Of a stretch of 64,000 bases of DNA, positions 39,612 to 49,012 are shown piece by piece. A program made the position numbers and the translations under genes. The first letter of the stretch is position 1. Each line of letters starts with the position of its first letter. This stretch comes from an uncultured Bacilli bacterium (GTDB lineage: Bacteria > Bacillota_I > Bacilli_A > RF39 > UBA660). Below the pieces are notes generated by a model. That model was not told where the DNA came from, did no database searches, and saw nothing but the letters and a program-made list of their open reading frames with translations. The stretch is taken from the NCBI GenBank assembly GCA_934130405.1, contig CAKOXX010000002.1, positions 28,100-92,099 on the forward strand. The letters are read 5' to 3'.

Positions 39612-39745
39612 AATAATCTATTATATTAGGTTATTTTTCTTTTTTTGAATAGAAAATTTACTTTGCAAATAGAAGTTTACAAAGAAGAGGGTTGTAAATA
39701 GTCTTTTTCTTGTTATATAATTAGGTGAAAGATTTAAGAAGGTTG

Positions 39746-41026
39746 ATGATTATGGCGAAAAAACAGAAAAGTAAAAAAAAGATAGAAACTAAAACAATAA
39801 CCAAGAAAGATATAGATAAGTTATTAGAAGATAATAATATTGTTGTAGATGAAAAAAAAGAAGTAAAACCTGAAGAAAAAAAGGAAAAATTAAAACGAAC
39901 AAAAAGAAATGCTGCTCTTTATGAAAAAGAAGTTAAAGAAGAACAAGAAACTAATGAAGAAGTGGAAATTTTAGATACTAAAGAAACTTTAGAAATACAA
40001 GAAGAAATATTAGAAGATGTTGAAGAAGTAAAAGAATTAGAAGAAGAAATAGAAGAGTTAGATGCTGAAGTAGAAGAAGAAAATCAAGAAATATTAGCTG
40101 AAGAAGTAGAAAATCAGGATAAAAAAATAGATGAAGAAGTAGAAACTGAAGATGAAGAACTAGAGGAAGAAACTACTGAAGAAATCAATAAAGAAGTGGA
40201 AAAGGAACCAAATGAAGAGGTCACTGATTCTTTAGAAACAGAAGATAAAGAAGAAGTTAAAAGTCTTTTAGCTGATGATATCTTAGAACATGAAATGGAT
40301 ACTAGCTTTTTAACTAAGAAAAGTGATAAGAAACATATCAGTACTGTTACTTTTAAAGATAATTATAATGTTTTAATTACCGTTATTTTTGTTTTAATGG
40401 TTATCTTTCTTGGCTTTTTAATTTTTCATTATACAACCTTTAATCATCATAAAGTAAAAGTCGTTACCAAGATTAAAGAAGTGGAAAAAGTACCTGATAA
40501 CTATTTATTTTTAGGTGACTCTATAACTGATTATTATGACCTTGATAAGTACTATCCTGATATGCCGACAGTTAATAGTGGAGTAGGTGGCAATACTACA
40601 GAAGATATTCTAAAAGATATGAAAGAAAGAGCTTATCAATATAATCCTAGTAAAGTATTCCTATTAATAGGAACTAATGATTTGGATACTAAGCATAGTA
40701 AAGAAGACATTGTTAATAATGTTGAAAAGATAATAAGTGAATTAAAAGAAAATAGGCCTAAAGCAGAACTTTACATAGAAAGTATTTATCCAGTTAATCC
40801 TGATGTTAGAAGAAGTAAATCTGGAAATAGAAATAATGATGATATAAAGCAAATAAACAAAGAGTTAAAAAAATATTGCAAGGAAAATAAAATAAATTAT
40901 ATAAATTTATATGACTTGTTAAAAGATGAAGACGACAATTTAAAAGAAGAATATACTAAAGATGGTCTTCACTTATCAGATGAAGGATATAAAGTAGTCA
41001 CGGAAGAAATAAAGAAAAAATTGTAA
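39746..41026 (+). CDS. SGNH/GDSL hydrolase with long Glu-rich low-complexity linker and one TM helix
   Basis: blocks GDSITDYY, GVGGNTT, LLIGTNDL, DGLHLSDEGY; acidic EEVEE repeats at aa 40-180. Confidence 0.75.
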   Translation: MIMAKKQKSKKKIETKTITKKDIDKLLEDNNIVVDEKKEVKPEEKKEKLKRTKRNAALYEKEVKEEQETNEEVEILDTKETLEIQEEILEDVEEVKELEEEIEELDAEVEEENQEILAEEVENQDKKIDEEVETEDEELEEETTEEINKEVEKEPNEEVTDSLETEDKEEVKSLLADDILEHEMDTSFLTKKSDKKHISTVTFKDNYNVLITVIFVLMVIFLGFLIFHYTTFNHHKVKVVTKIKEVEKVPDNYLFLGDSITDYYDLDKYYPDMPTVNSGVGGNTTEDILKDMKERAYQYNPSKVFLLIGTNDLDTKHSKEDIVNNVEKIISELKENRPKAELYIESIYPVNPDVRRSKSGNRNNDDIKQINKELKKYCKENKINYINLYDLLKDEDDNLKEEYTKDGLHLSDEGYKVVTEEIKKKL

Positions 41027-41096
41027 ATTTGTCCATTTTATATTGCGGTTAAAGATTACCTATGTTACACTTCAATTATAGTATAGGGTGGTTAAA

Positions 41097-42236
41097 ATGG
41101 TAAATGACAATAATAAACGACAATCAAACTTTGAATTAATGCGTATAGTATCTATGATGCTAATAGTAGCATATCACTTTGTATATAACACATCTCTTTT
41201 ACAAACGACATCTGGATTTGCTCACTTTGTAATACTTGTTTTTACATATTTTACACTAATCCATGTTAATTCTTTTATTGTTTTAATGGGCTACTTTCAA
41301 TGTGATAAAGAATTTAAAATAAACAGATTAATCACTATGAATAATAGTGGCTGGTTTTATAAAGTGTTATTTCTTATAATATTTTTGTTAATAGGTATTA
41401 AAGTTGAAACTTTAGAAATTGTTCAATTAATATCACCAATAACTTTATTTAAACAATATTGGTATTTAGCAGTATATTTACTACTATACTGTTGCAGTCC
41501 ATTTTTAAACTTTCTAATTAATAACACAACTAAAAAACAATTTCATAAATTATTACTTACTCTATTTTTAATAGGTTCTGTTTTGCCTTGTTGGACAGGA
41601 CAATTAGCATTTGATAATAATAAAGGCTTTTCCTTATTAACATTTTGTTTATTATATTGTTTAGGAGCATATTTAAAAAAATTTCCAATGAAAAAAAATT
41701 ATTTTTTTAAAGTTTTTTCTACTAATGCTAGAAGATTAGTCTTTATTTCAATATTCCTACTATGCGTTTTATTAAATTCCCTATTACATTATCATGGTGA
41801 GGAATTACTACTATCTTCACATAGTATTTTAAGAGAAATTGGTAGACTGTTAACATCTTTACCTGAGTATGATAATCCTATTTTGATAGTTCAGACTTTA
41901 TCATATTTACTTCTTTTTGAAACATTGTCATTTAAAAATAAATTTATAAATAAAATAGCAGCTTGTTCCTTTGGTGTATATTTAATTCATGATAACATTT
42001 TGATTCGAAGATATTTATATAGATTTTTCTTTATAGGAAATTATAGTGCAACACTTTCCCAGATATTCATTAGAATATTAGTTGGAACAATAATAGTATT
42101 TACACTAGGTATAATTATTGAAATGATTAGAAAAAAGCTATTCTTCTATATTAAAAATAGAAAAATATCGAAAAGAATCAGTAATAAAATTAAAGAATAT
42201 TTTATTTCTATAAAAGTTAATACTATGCTCGAATAG
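41097..42236 (+). CDS. acyltransferase family 3 (OatA/OafA-like membrane O-acyltransferase domain)
   Basis: N-terminal NFELMRIVSMMLIVAYHF and about 10 TM helices. Confidence 0.7.
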   Translation: MVNDNNKRQSNFELMRIVSMMLIVAYHFVYNTSLLQTTSGFAHFVILVFTYFTLIHVNSFIVLMGYFQCDKEFKINRLITMNNSGWFYKVLFLIIFLLIGIKVETLEIVQLISPITLFKQYWYLAVYLLLYCCSPFLNFLINNTTKKQFHKLLLTLFLIGSVLPCWTGQLAFDNNKGFSLLTFCLLYCLGAYLKKFPMKKNYFFKVFSTNARRLVFISIFLLCVLLNSLLHYHGEELLLSSHSILREIGRLLTSLPEYDNPILIVQTLSYLLLFETLSFKNKFINKIAACSFGVYLIHDNILIRRYLYRFFFIGNYSATLSQIFIRILVGTIIVFTLGIIIEMIRKKLFFYIKNRKISKRISNKIKEYFISIKVNTMLE

Positions 42237-42274
42237 GCAAGTAAAGTTATGCTATAATAGACTAAGTAGGTGAT

Positions 42275-45200
42275 ATGATGCGGAAGAAAATATTTTTTGT
42301 TTTTTGTTTATTATTAACAGGATTTTTTCTAAATGTTAAAGCTCTTAATAATACACTTTTAAATGTTGATTTTCCTAGGAATAATGCTAGTTTAAGTGAT
42401 GAATTACTAGTACAAGGTTGGGTAATGAGTGAAGTTGATAATAAAGTTTCAATAAGCATTGATGATAAAAAGATAGATTCATTGATAAATCGTAATGAAA
42501 GAATAGATGTCTTAAATGCTATTCCAGGTTATGGGGGAAAGAATAATAAAACACCAGGCTATCAGACCTTTATAGATCTTAGTAACTATAATTATGGAGA
42601 GCATACCGTTACTATAGAAGTATTAAACTCCCAAGATAAAGTAATTGCCAAAGAACAGAGAAAAATTAATATTGCTGCTCCAGCCACTCTTTTAAATGTT
42701 GATTTTCCTAAGAATAATGCTAGTTTAAGTGATGAATTACTAGTACAAGGTTGGGTAATGAGTGAAGTTGATAATAAAGTTTCAATAAGTATAGATAATG
42801 AAAAGATAGATTCATTGATAAATCGTAATGAAAGAGTAGATGTGTTAAATGCTATTCCAGGTTATGGGGGAAAGAATAATAAAACACCAGGCTTTCAAAG
42901 CTTTATAGACATTAGTAACTATAATTATGGAGAACATATTGTTACTATAGAAGTATTAGATTCTGATAATAAAGTGATTATGAAAGAGCAAAGGAAAATT
43001 AATATTTCAGCACCAAAAACATTATTAAATGTTGATTATCCAAGAAACAACAATACATATAAAGATAGTATTTTTGTCCAAGGTTGGGTAATGAGCGAAT
43101 TAACTGACTTTGAAATGGAAGTATTTCTAGATCAAGAAAAAGTAGATGCGTCCATTTTAAGATATGCAAGAGAAGACGTTACTGCTTCAATTAAAGGCTA
43201 TGGAACAGAAAACGTTAATCCTGGTTTTACAACAATCATTGATACTGCTAATATATCTGATGGAGAACACACCTTAAGTATAAAAATAAAAAATAAAGAT
43301 AAAGTAGTTGCAGAAAAAAACATAGCTATCAAAATAGAAAAGTATGTTGCTTTTCTAAATGTTGATTTTCCAGTACAAGAAAAAAATGAGTATTCCAGTT
43401 TGTTTGTTCAAGGCTGGGTAATGAGTGATGATCAGGAAGGAAAATTAAAGTTTTTTATTGATAATAATGAAGTAACTAGCGATATTTTAAAATATGCAAG
43501 AGAAGATGTAGTTAACAATATTAAAGGTTATGGTGGAAAATCTAATCTTAGTCCTGGTTTCACAACTGTTATTGATTTAACATCATATTCATATGGTGAA
43601 CATACCCTAAAAGCTTTATATTATAATAGAAATGACGAAGTAATTGCTACTGCTTCTAAAAAAATTAAGATAATAAAACCCAAAACACTTATTAACCTAG
43701 ACTTTCCTAGTAATAATCAGACAGTAACAAGTGAAGTTTATTTAAATGGTTGGATGTTGAGCGAAGATGCTAAAACAAGTCTAGAAGTGTTAGTAGATGA
43801 TACTAAAGTAGAAACATCAATAGAAAGAGTAGCAAGAGATGATGTTATTTCTGTAATAAAAGGTTATGGTGGAAGAGAAACTAACCAGACACCAGGTTAT
43901 CTTGCTAAACTTGATTTTGGTAATTTATATGATGGAAAACATAATATAACGATAAGAGCAGTAGATTCTCATGGAACAGTAGTTAGTGAAGTTAAGAGAA
44001 AAGTTATTTTGAAAAAATATGATACAAAAGTAGATATTTTTACTCCAAAGGAAAGTGAAGTAACAAAATTATCAATGAATATTACAGGTAAAGTAACTAC
44101 TACTGCCATTAATACAGAAATAGAATTTCTTGTTGATGATAAAAAACTTGCTTCTGGTTTATCTAATAAAGATGGGTTATTTAATGTGACAGTTGACACT
44201 AGTAATCTAACTGATGGTCTACATTTGTTAAAGATTAAACTTCTAACAAAACATCTTGATGAAACTATTTATGAAGTAACAAGAAAAATTACTATAAAAA
44301 AATATGATGGGATAATTACACTAGATTTTCCTAGTAGTGGTTCTTTAAATAAAAATAACGACATATTTGTTCGTGGCTGGGAAATGAGTGAAGATATTAA
44401 TAGTAAGATAAGAGTTTATTATGATGATAGCGAAATTACTGATGTTATTAGAACAGAACGAGGTGATGTGTTAGATTTAATAACTTCTTATGGTGGAAGA
44501 GAAACTAACCAAACACCAGGTTTTCAAACCATAATACCAAGTAAATTATTAACACTTGGTTATCACAATATTACTATTAAATTGTATAATTCTTTTGATG
44601 AACTTATCAGAACATATGAAAAAAAAGTATATATATATGATAAAATGAAATTAGGAATTGATGTCTCACAATATAATGGAAATATTGACTGGACTTCTGC
44701 AAGATATAGTGGAATGGTTGAGTTTGCTTTTATTAGGCTAGGTTTTAGAGGTTATGCTCCTCTTGGTAAATTGGTTACAGATACAAAATTTGTTAATAAT
44801 GCGACGACTTCAATTAAAAATGGCATCACTACGGGAATTTACTTTTTTAGTCAAGCAACTTCCTATGAGGAAGGTAAAAGTGAAGCTGAATATGTTAAAA
44901 ATGTTTTAGCACTTAACCCTTTTATCGCCTCTAACTTAAAATTACCTATTGCTTTTGATGTTGAATATTCAACTGAACCTTCTCATAATGGTAGAGCTGA
45001 TAATATCTCAAGAGAAGCTAGAACAGAAGCTATTAGAGGATTTGTCGAAACAATGGAGAAGTATGGCCTTTCCTCAGTTATTTACATTAATAAAGACTTT
45101 CTTTTCAATAAAGTAGATACCAACAAAATCAGTAATTATGAAATTTGGTTAGCTCATTGGACCTATGATTATAATAATAAGAGTGACTATACTGCACCTT

Positions 45201-45280
45201 ATAAATATTGGCAGTATAGTAATAAAGGCAATGTTTCTGGAATTACAGGAAGTGTTGATTTAGATATTATGTATGAATAA
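42275..45280 (+). CDS. secreted GH25 muramidase (lysozyme) with nine N-terminal about 110-aa Ig-like tandem repeats
   Basis: C-terminal LGIDVSQYNGNIDWTSARYSGMVEFAFIRLGFRG GH25 signature; repeats each contain VQGWVMSE ... KGYGG ... PGF. Confidence 0.8.
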   Translation: MMRKKIFFVFCLLLTGFFLNVKALNNTLLNVDFPRNNASLSDELLVQGWVMSEVDNKVSISIDDKKIDSLINRNERIDVLNAIPGYGGKNNKTPGYQTFIDLSNYNYGEHTVTIEVLNSQDKVIAKEQRKINIAAPATLLNVDFPKNNASLSDELLVQGWVMSEVDNKVSISIDNEKIDSLINRNERVDVLNAIPGYGGKNNKTPGFQSFIDISNYNYGEHIVTIEVLDSDNKVIMKEQRKINISAPKTLLNVDYPRNNNTYKDSIFVQGWVMSELTDFEMEVFLDQEKVDASILRYAREDVTASIKGYGTENVNPGFTTIIDTANISDGEHTLSIKIKNKDKVVAEKNIAIKIEKYVAFLNVDFPVQEKNEYSSLFVQGWVMSDDQEGKLKFFIDNNEVTSDILKYAREDVVNNIKGYGGKSNLSPGFTTVIDLTSYSYGEHTLKALYYNRNDEVIATASKKIKIIKPKTLINLDFPSNNQTVTSEVYLNGWMLSEDAKTSLEVLVDDTKVETSIERVARDDVISVIKGYGGRETNQTPGYLAKLDFGNLYDGKHNITIRAVDSHGTVVSEVKRKVILKKYDTKVDIFTPKESEVTKLSMNITGKVTTTAINTEIEFLVDDKKLASGLSNKDGLFNVTVDTSNLTDGLHLLKIKLLTKHLDETIYEVTRKITIKKYDGIITLDFPSSGSLNKNNDIFVRGWEMSEDINSKIRVYYDDSEITDVIRTERGDVLDLITSYGGRETNQTPGFQTIIPSKLLTLGYHNITIKLYNSFDELIRTYEKKVYIYDKMKLGIDVSQYNGNIDWTSARYSGMVEFAFIRLGFRGYAPLGKLVTDTKFVNNATTSIKNGITTGIYFFSQATSYEEGKSEAEYVKNVLALNPFIASNLKLPIAFDVEYSTEPSHNGRADNISREARTEAIRGFVETMEKYGLSSVIYINKDFLFNKVDTNKISNYEIWLAHWTYDYNNKSDYTAPYKYWQYSNKGNVSGITGSVDLDIMYE
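42357..43022 (+). repeat. near-identical about 333-bp tandem DNA duplication encoding Ig-like repeats 1 and 2 of the GH25 protein
   Basis: long runs identical between 42357-42689 and 42690-43022. Confidence 0.7.
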
Positions 45281-45291
45281 TAACTTTTGCT

Positions 45292-45319
45292 AATAAAGAT
45301 AAAATGTTATAATAATGAA
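45292..45319 (+). promoter_or_regulatory. candidate promoter (TTGCTA ... TATAAT) for the ABC-transporter polysaccharide locus
   Basis: hexamers in the gap before 45334. Confidence 0.35.
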
Positions 45320-45333
45320 AGTGAGGTTTTATT

Positions 45334-46074
45334 ATGGTAAAGAAAAAAGATTATTCAATAAAAGTTGAAAATGTAACTAAAAAATTTAAAATATATTCAG
45401 ATAAACCAAATACATTAAAAGAAAGAATAGTATTTTTTAAAAAAAATAAAGTTGAACAGAGAACGGTACTTGAAGATATTAATTTAACAATCAAAAAGGG
45501 AGAAACAGTTGCTCTTATTGGTGTTAATGGAAGTGGAAAAAGTACCTTGCTTAAGTTGATGACTAAGATTATTTATCCAACTACAGGTAAAATTACAACT
45601 GTTGGAAAACTTACATCACTATTAGAGTTAGGAGCAGGCTTTCATGATGATTTTACTGGTCGTGAAAATATATATTTTAATGCTGCTATCTTTGGTTTAA
45701 CTAAAGAGGAAATAGATGCTAAAGTAGATGATATTATTGCTTTTTCAGAACTTGAAGAATTTATTGATAACCCTATCAGAACTTACTCATCTGGAATGTA
45801 TATGCGTCTTGCTTTTTCAGTAGCTATTAATGTTAATGCAGATATTTTATTAATAGATGAAATATTAGCAGTTGGAGATCAACATTTTCAAGAGAAATGC
45901 TATCAAAAATTAAATGAATTAAAAGAAAGTGATAGAACAATCGTTATTGTTAGTCATAGTTTGGATGCTTTGAAAAAATTGTGTACTAGAGCAGTTTGGA
46001 TTCATGAAGGACATATAAAAGAAGATGGAAATGTTACTAAAGTAATTGATCATTATTTGAAAGAATGTGAGTGA
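45334..46074 (+). CDS. polysaccharide/teichoic-acid export ABC transporter ATP-binding protein (Wzt/TagH-like, no C-terminal extension)
   Basis: Walker A GVNGSGKST; signature YSSGMYMRLAF; Walker B ILLIDE. Confidence 0.85.
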   Translation: MVKKKDYSIKVENVTKKFKIYSDKPNTLKERIVFFKKNKVEQRTVLEDINLTIKKGETVALIGVNGSGKSTLLKLMTKIIYPTTGKITTVGKLTSLLELGAGFHDDFTGRENIYFNAAIFGLTKEEIDAKVDDIIAFSELEEFIDNPIRTYSSGMYMRLAFSVAINVNADILLIDEILAVGDQHFQEKCYQKLNELKESDRTIVIVSHSLDALKKLCTRAVWIHEGHIKEDGNVTKVIDHYLKECE

Positions 46075-46082
46075 GGTATAAT

Positions 46083-46856
46083 ATGCAATTAATTAATAAT
46101 TTATATAATTATCGTGAATTACTGAAAAGTAATGTCAAAAAAGAGATAAGAGGTAAATATAAAGGGTCAATTTTAGGAATTCTTTGGTCTTTTGTAAATC
46201 CTTTATTAATGGTATTAGTATATGCTATAGTTTTTCCTTATATTATGCGTGTTAAAACTGATAATTATCTTGTTTATTTGATTACAGCCATAATTCCTTG
46301 GAACTATTTTACAACAGCTATTAATCAAGGGATGATTACTGTTAGAATGAATGCTGGTATTATTAAGAAAGTTTATTTTCCAAGAGAAATTTTACCAATA
46401 TCTGTAGTTAGTAGTGGATTAGTTAACTTTTTCATTAGTTGTATTATCATTTTAATATTTTGTATTTTTAGTGGAGTTGGATTAAGCTTTCATTTATTAT
46501 TATTACCAGTTATTGCTATTATTCAGTTCTTTTTAACTTTAGGAATTGTATTTGCTTTAAGTGCAATTAATATTTATATAAAAGATACAGAATACATCAT
46601 CCAGTTCTTCCTAAATATGCTATTTTATGCCACTCCAATTTTATATCCAGCCACAATGTTTCCAAAATCAATACGTTGGGTTTTATACATTAATCCAATG
46701 TCACAATTAGTAGATGCTTATCGAAACATCTTCTTATATCATCAACTTCCTAATGCGGTAGGAATGCTATATACTGTTATTGTAACAATGATAATTTTTG
46801 GAATAGGACTTGTCATATTTAGAAAACTAGAAAAGGGTTTTGCAGAGGAGATTTAA
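46083..46856 (+). CDS. ABC-2 type polysaccharide export permease (Wzm/TagG-like)
   Basis: six TM helices; overlaps the ATPase gene; ATG 46083 with GAGTGAGG SD. Confidence 0.75.
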   Translation: MQLINNLYNYRELLKSNVKKEIRGKYKGSILGILWSFVNPLLMVLVYAIVFPYIMRVKTDNYLVYLITAIIPWNYFTTAINQGMITVRMNAGIIKKVYFPREILPISVVSSGLVNFFISCIIILIFCIFSGVGLSFHLLLLPVIAIIQFFLTLGIVFALSAINIYIKDTEYIIQFFLNMLFYATPILYPATMFPKSIRWVLYINPMSQLVDAYRNIFLYHQLPNAVGMLYTVIVTMIIFGIGLVIFRKLEKGFAEEI

Positions 46857-46858
46857 AA

Positions 46859-49012
46859 ATGAAGAAGAAAGAAGTATTTGTTGTAGAAGAACAAAAAATC
46901 TGTGGGATTAATAATCCACAAGTAATTATAAAACTTATAGGAGACGCTTCTAATTGTGAATTTAAAATAAAAGTAGATGGTAAGGAAACTAAATTTGATA
47001 TATTTTCTATAGATAGCGAAACAACAGTGATTAATTTAGCTATTGATAAAAATGCTAAGAAAATAGAATTATATACTTTAAATAACAAGAAGGCTACATT
47101 AGTTACTTCTCTTAATAATAAATTCATTTTAAGATTTAAGGAAAAACTATTAGAAGTTATTAGAAAATTTGTGGCTAAGTTTAAACTTATGATACATGTC
47201 CTATATAAAGGTATTAAATTCTTATGGAAGGAATATCACTTTTTAGTACCACCTAGTATGTGGAAAAAGTATTTAAAAGATTTTAAATCTCGTATTAATG
47301 GTACTACCGATAGATTTTATAATCCATTCTATGCCTCTGAATATAATAAATGGCTAAAAGAGAATTTTAGAGAAACTGAGTATGAAAAACTAAAATATCA
47401 ACCACTTATTTCTATTTTAATACCAGTTTATAATATAGAAAGACGTTATTTAGTAGCTTGTCTTGATTCAATATTGAATCAGTCTTATAGCAATTATGAA
47501 ATTTGTTTGGTTGATGATTGTTCTACACTTGAAGAAACTAAAGATACTTTAAAAGAATATGAAGCAAAAGATAAAAGAGTCAAAGTTAAATATCGTAGTG
47601 AAAACGGCCATATATCTAGAACTACTAATGATGCCCTAAATATGGCTAAGGGAGAATTTGTTGCTTTAATGGATGATGATGATTTATTAACACCAGATGC
47701 TTTATATAAAGTAGTAAGTGTTTTAAATAAAAATAAAGACTTAGATTTAATATATAGTGATGAAGATAAATTAAGTCCTAAAGGTGTTTATTGTGATCCG
47801 AATTTTAAACCTGATTTTTCACCAGACACTTTACTAAGTTTAAACTATATCTGTCATCTTGTAGTACTAAGAAAAAAAATTGTAGAAGAAGTAGATGGTT
47901 TTACAGTTGGGTTAGAAGGAGCACAAGATCATGATTTACTTTTAAAGGTAACAGAAAAAACTAATAAAATTTATCATATACCAGAAGTACTTTATCATTG
48001 GCGTATGGTAGAAGGGTCTACTTCAATGACAATTAGTAATAAAAGTTATGCAACAGATAAAGGAAAAATGGCTATTGAAAATGCTCTTGCTAGAAGAAAT
48101 ATTAAAGGTAGGGTAGAAAAAGATGAACCTAGTACATATTATAGAGTTTATTATACTTATGAAAAAGAGCCTAAGATTTCTATTGTAATTCCTACAAGAG
48201 ATTATGTCGATATATTAAAAACTTGTGTTGACTCTATCTATGAAAAAACAAATTATAAAAATTACGAAATAATAGTTGCTAATAATGATAGCAAAGAACA
48301 AGCAACACTAGATTTTTTTGCTGAGTATAAGAAAAAACATACTAATTTTAAAGTCATTGATTGTATTATGGATTTTAATTATTCTAAAATAAATAATATA
48401 GCTGTTGAGCAAGCAACGGGAGAGTATGTTGTATTACTAAATAATGATACTGAAGTTATAACTGGTGATTGGTTGAAAATAATGGTTGGTTATGCAATGC
48501 AAGACCATGTTGGTGCTGTTGGTCCGAAATTATTATATCCAGATATGACTGTTCAACATGGTGGTGTTATCTTAGGATTAGGTGGAGTAGCTTCACATGC
48601 TTATATAGGAGCTAATCGTGATGATTTAGGAATGTATGGTAGGTTAAGAGTTCCATATGACTATAGTGCTTGTACAGCTGCGTGTCTAATGATTAAAAAA
48701 GAAAAGTTTTTAGAAGTTGGTGGTTTAGAAGAAGACTTGAAAGTTGCTTACAATGATATAGATTTTAATATTAAGCTCTTAGAAAAAGGGTATTATAATG
48801 TATTTTTACCAAATGTAGAATTATTACATTATGAATCAAAATCAAGAGGATTAGATACTACTAGTGAAAAATATAAGAGATTTCAACTTGAAGAAAAATA
48901 TATGTATGATAAATGGAAAACTAAATTGACAAATGACAAATTCTATAATCCAAACTTTAGTAAAAAAGGTTGGTTTATGCTCGATAAAACTGAAAAGAAA
49001 ATGAAAAAATAG
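46859..49012 (+). CDS. bifunctional glycosyltransferase with two tandem GT2 domains
   Basis: ISILIPVYNIERRYLVACLDSILNQSY..LVDD and ISIVIPTRDYVDILKTCVDSIYEKTNY..IVANND. Confidence 0.8.
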   Translation: MKKKEVFVVEEQKICGINNPQVIIKLIGDASNCEFKIKVDGKETKFDIFSIDSETTVINLAIDKNAKKIELYTLNNKKATLVTSLNNKFILRFKEKLLEVIRKFVAKFKLMIHVLYKGIKFLWKEYHFLVPPSMWKKYLKDFKSRINGTTDRFYNPFYASEYNKWLKENFRETEYEKLKYQPLISILIPVYNIERRYLVACLDSILNQSYSNYEICLVDDCSTLEETKDTLKEYEAKDKRVKVKYRSENGHISRTTNDALNMAKGEFVALMDDDDLLTPDALYKVVSVLNKNKDLDLIYSDEDKLSPKGVYCDPNFKPDFSPDTLLSLNYICHLVVLRKKIVEEVDGFTVGLEGAQDHDLLLKVTEKTNKIYHIPEVLYHWRMVEGSTSMTISNKSYATDKGKMAIENALARRNIKGRVEKDEPSTYYRVYYTYEKEPKISIVIPTRDYVDILKTCVDSIYEKTNYKNYEIIVANNDSKEQATLDFFAEYKKKHTNFKVIDCIMDFNYSKINNIAVEQATGEYVVLLNNDTEVITGDWLKIMVGYAMQDHVGAVGPKLLYPDMTVQHGGVILGLGGVASHAYIGANRDDLGMYGRLRVPYDYSACTAACLMIKKEKFLEVGGLEEDLKVAYNDIDFNIKLLEKGYYNVFLPNVELLHYESKSRGLDTTSEKYKRFQLEEKYMYDKWKTKLTNDKFYNPNFSKKGWFMLDKTEKKMKK

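Noticed and set aside
39845-40265. Glu-rich region of the SGNH protein as a separate acidic-repeat gene or DNA satellite
   Set aside because: It is in frame and continuous with the TM helix and SGNH domain. It is a low-complexity linker, not a separate feature.
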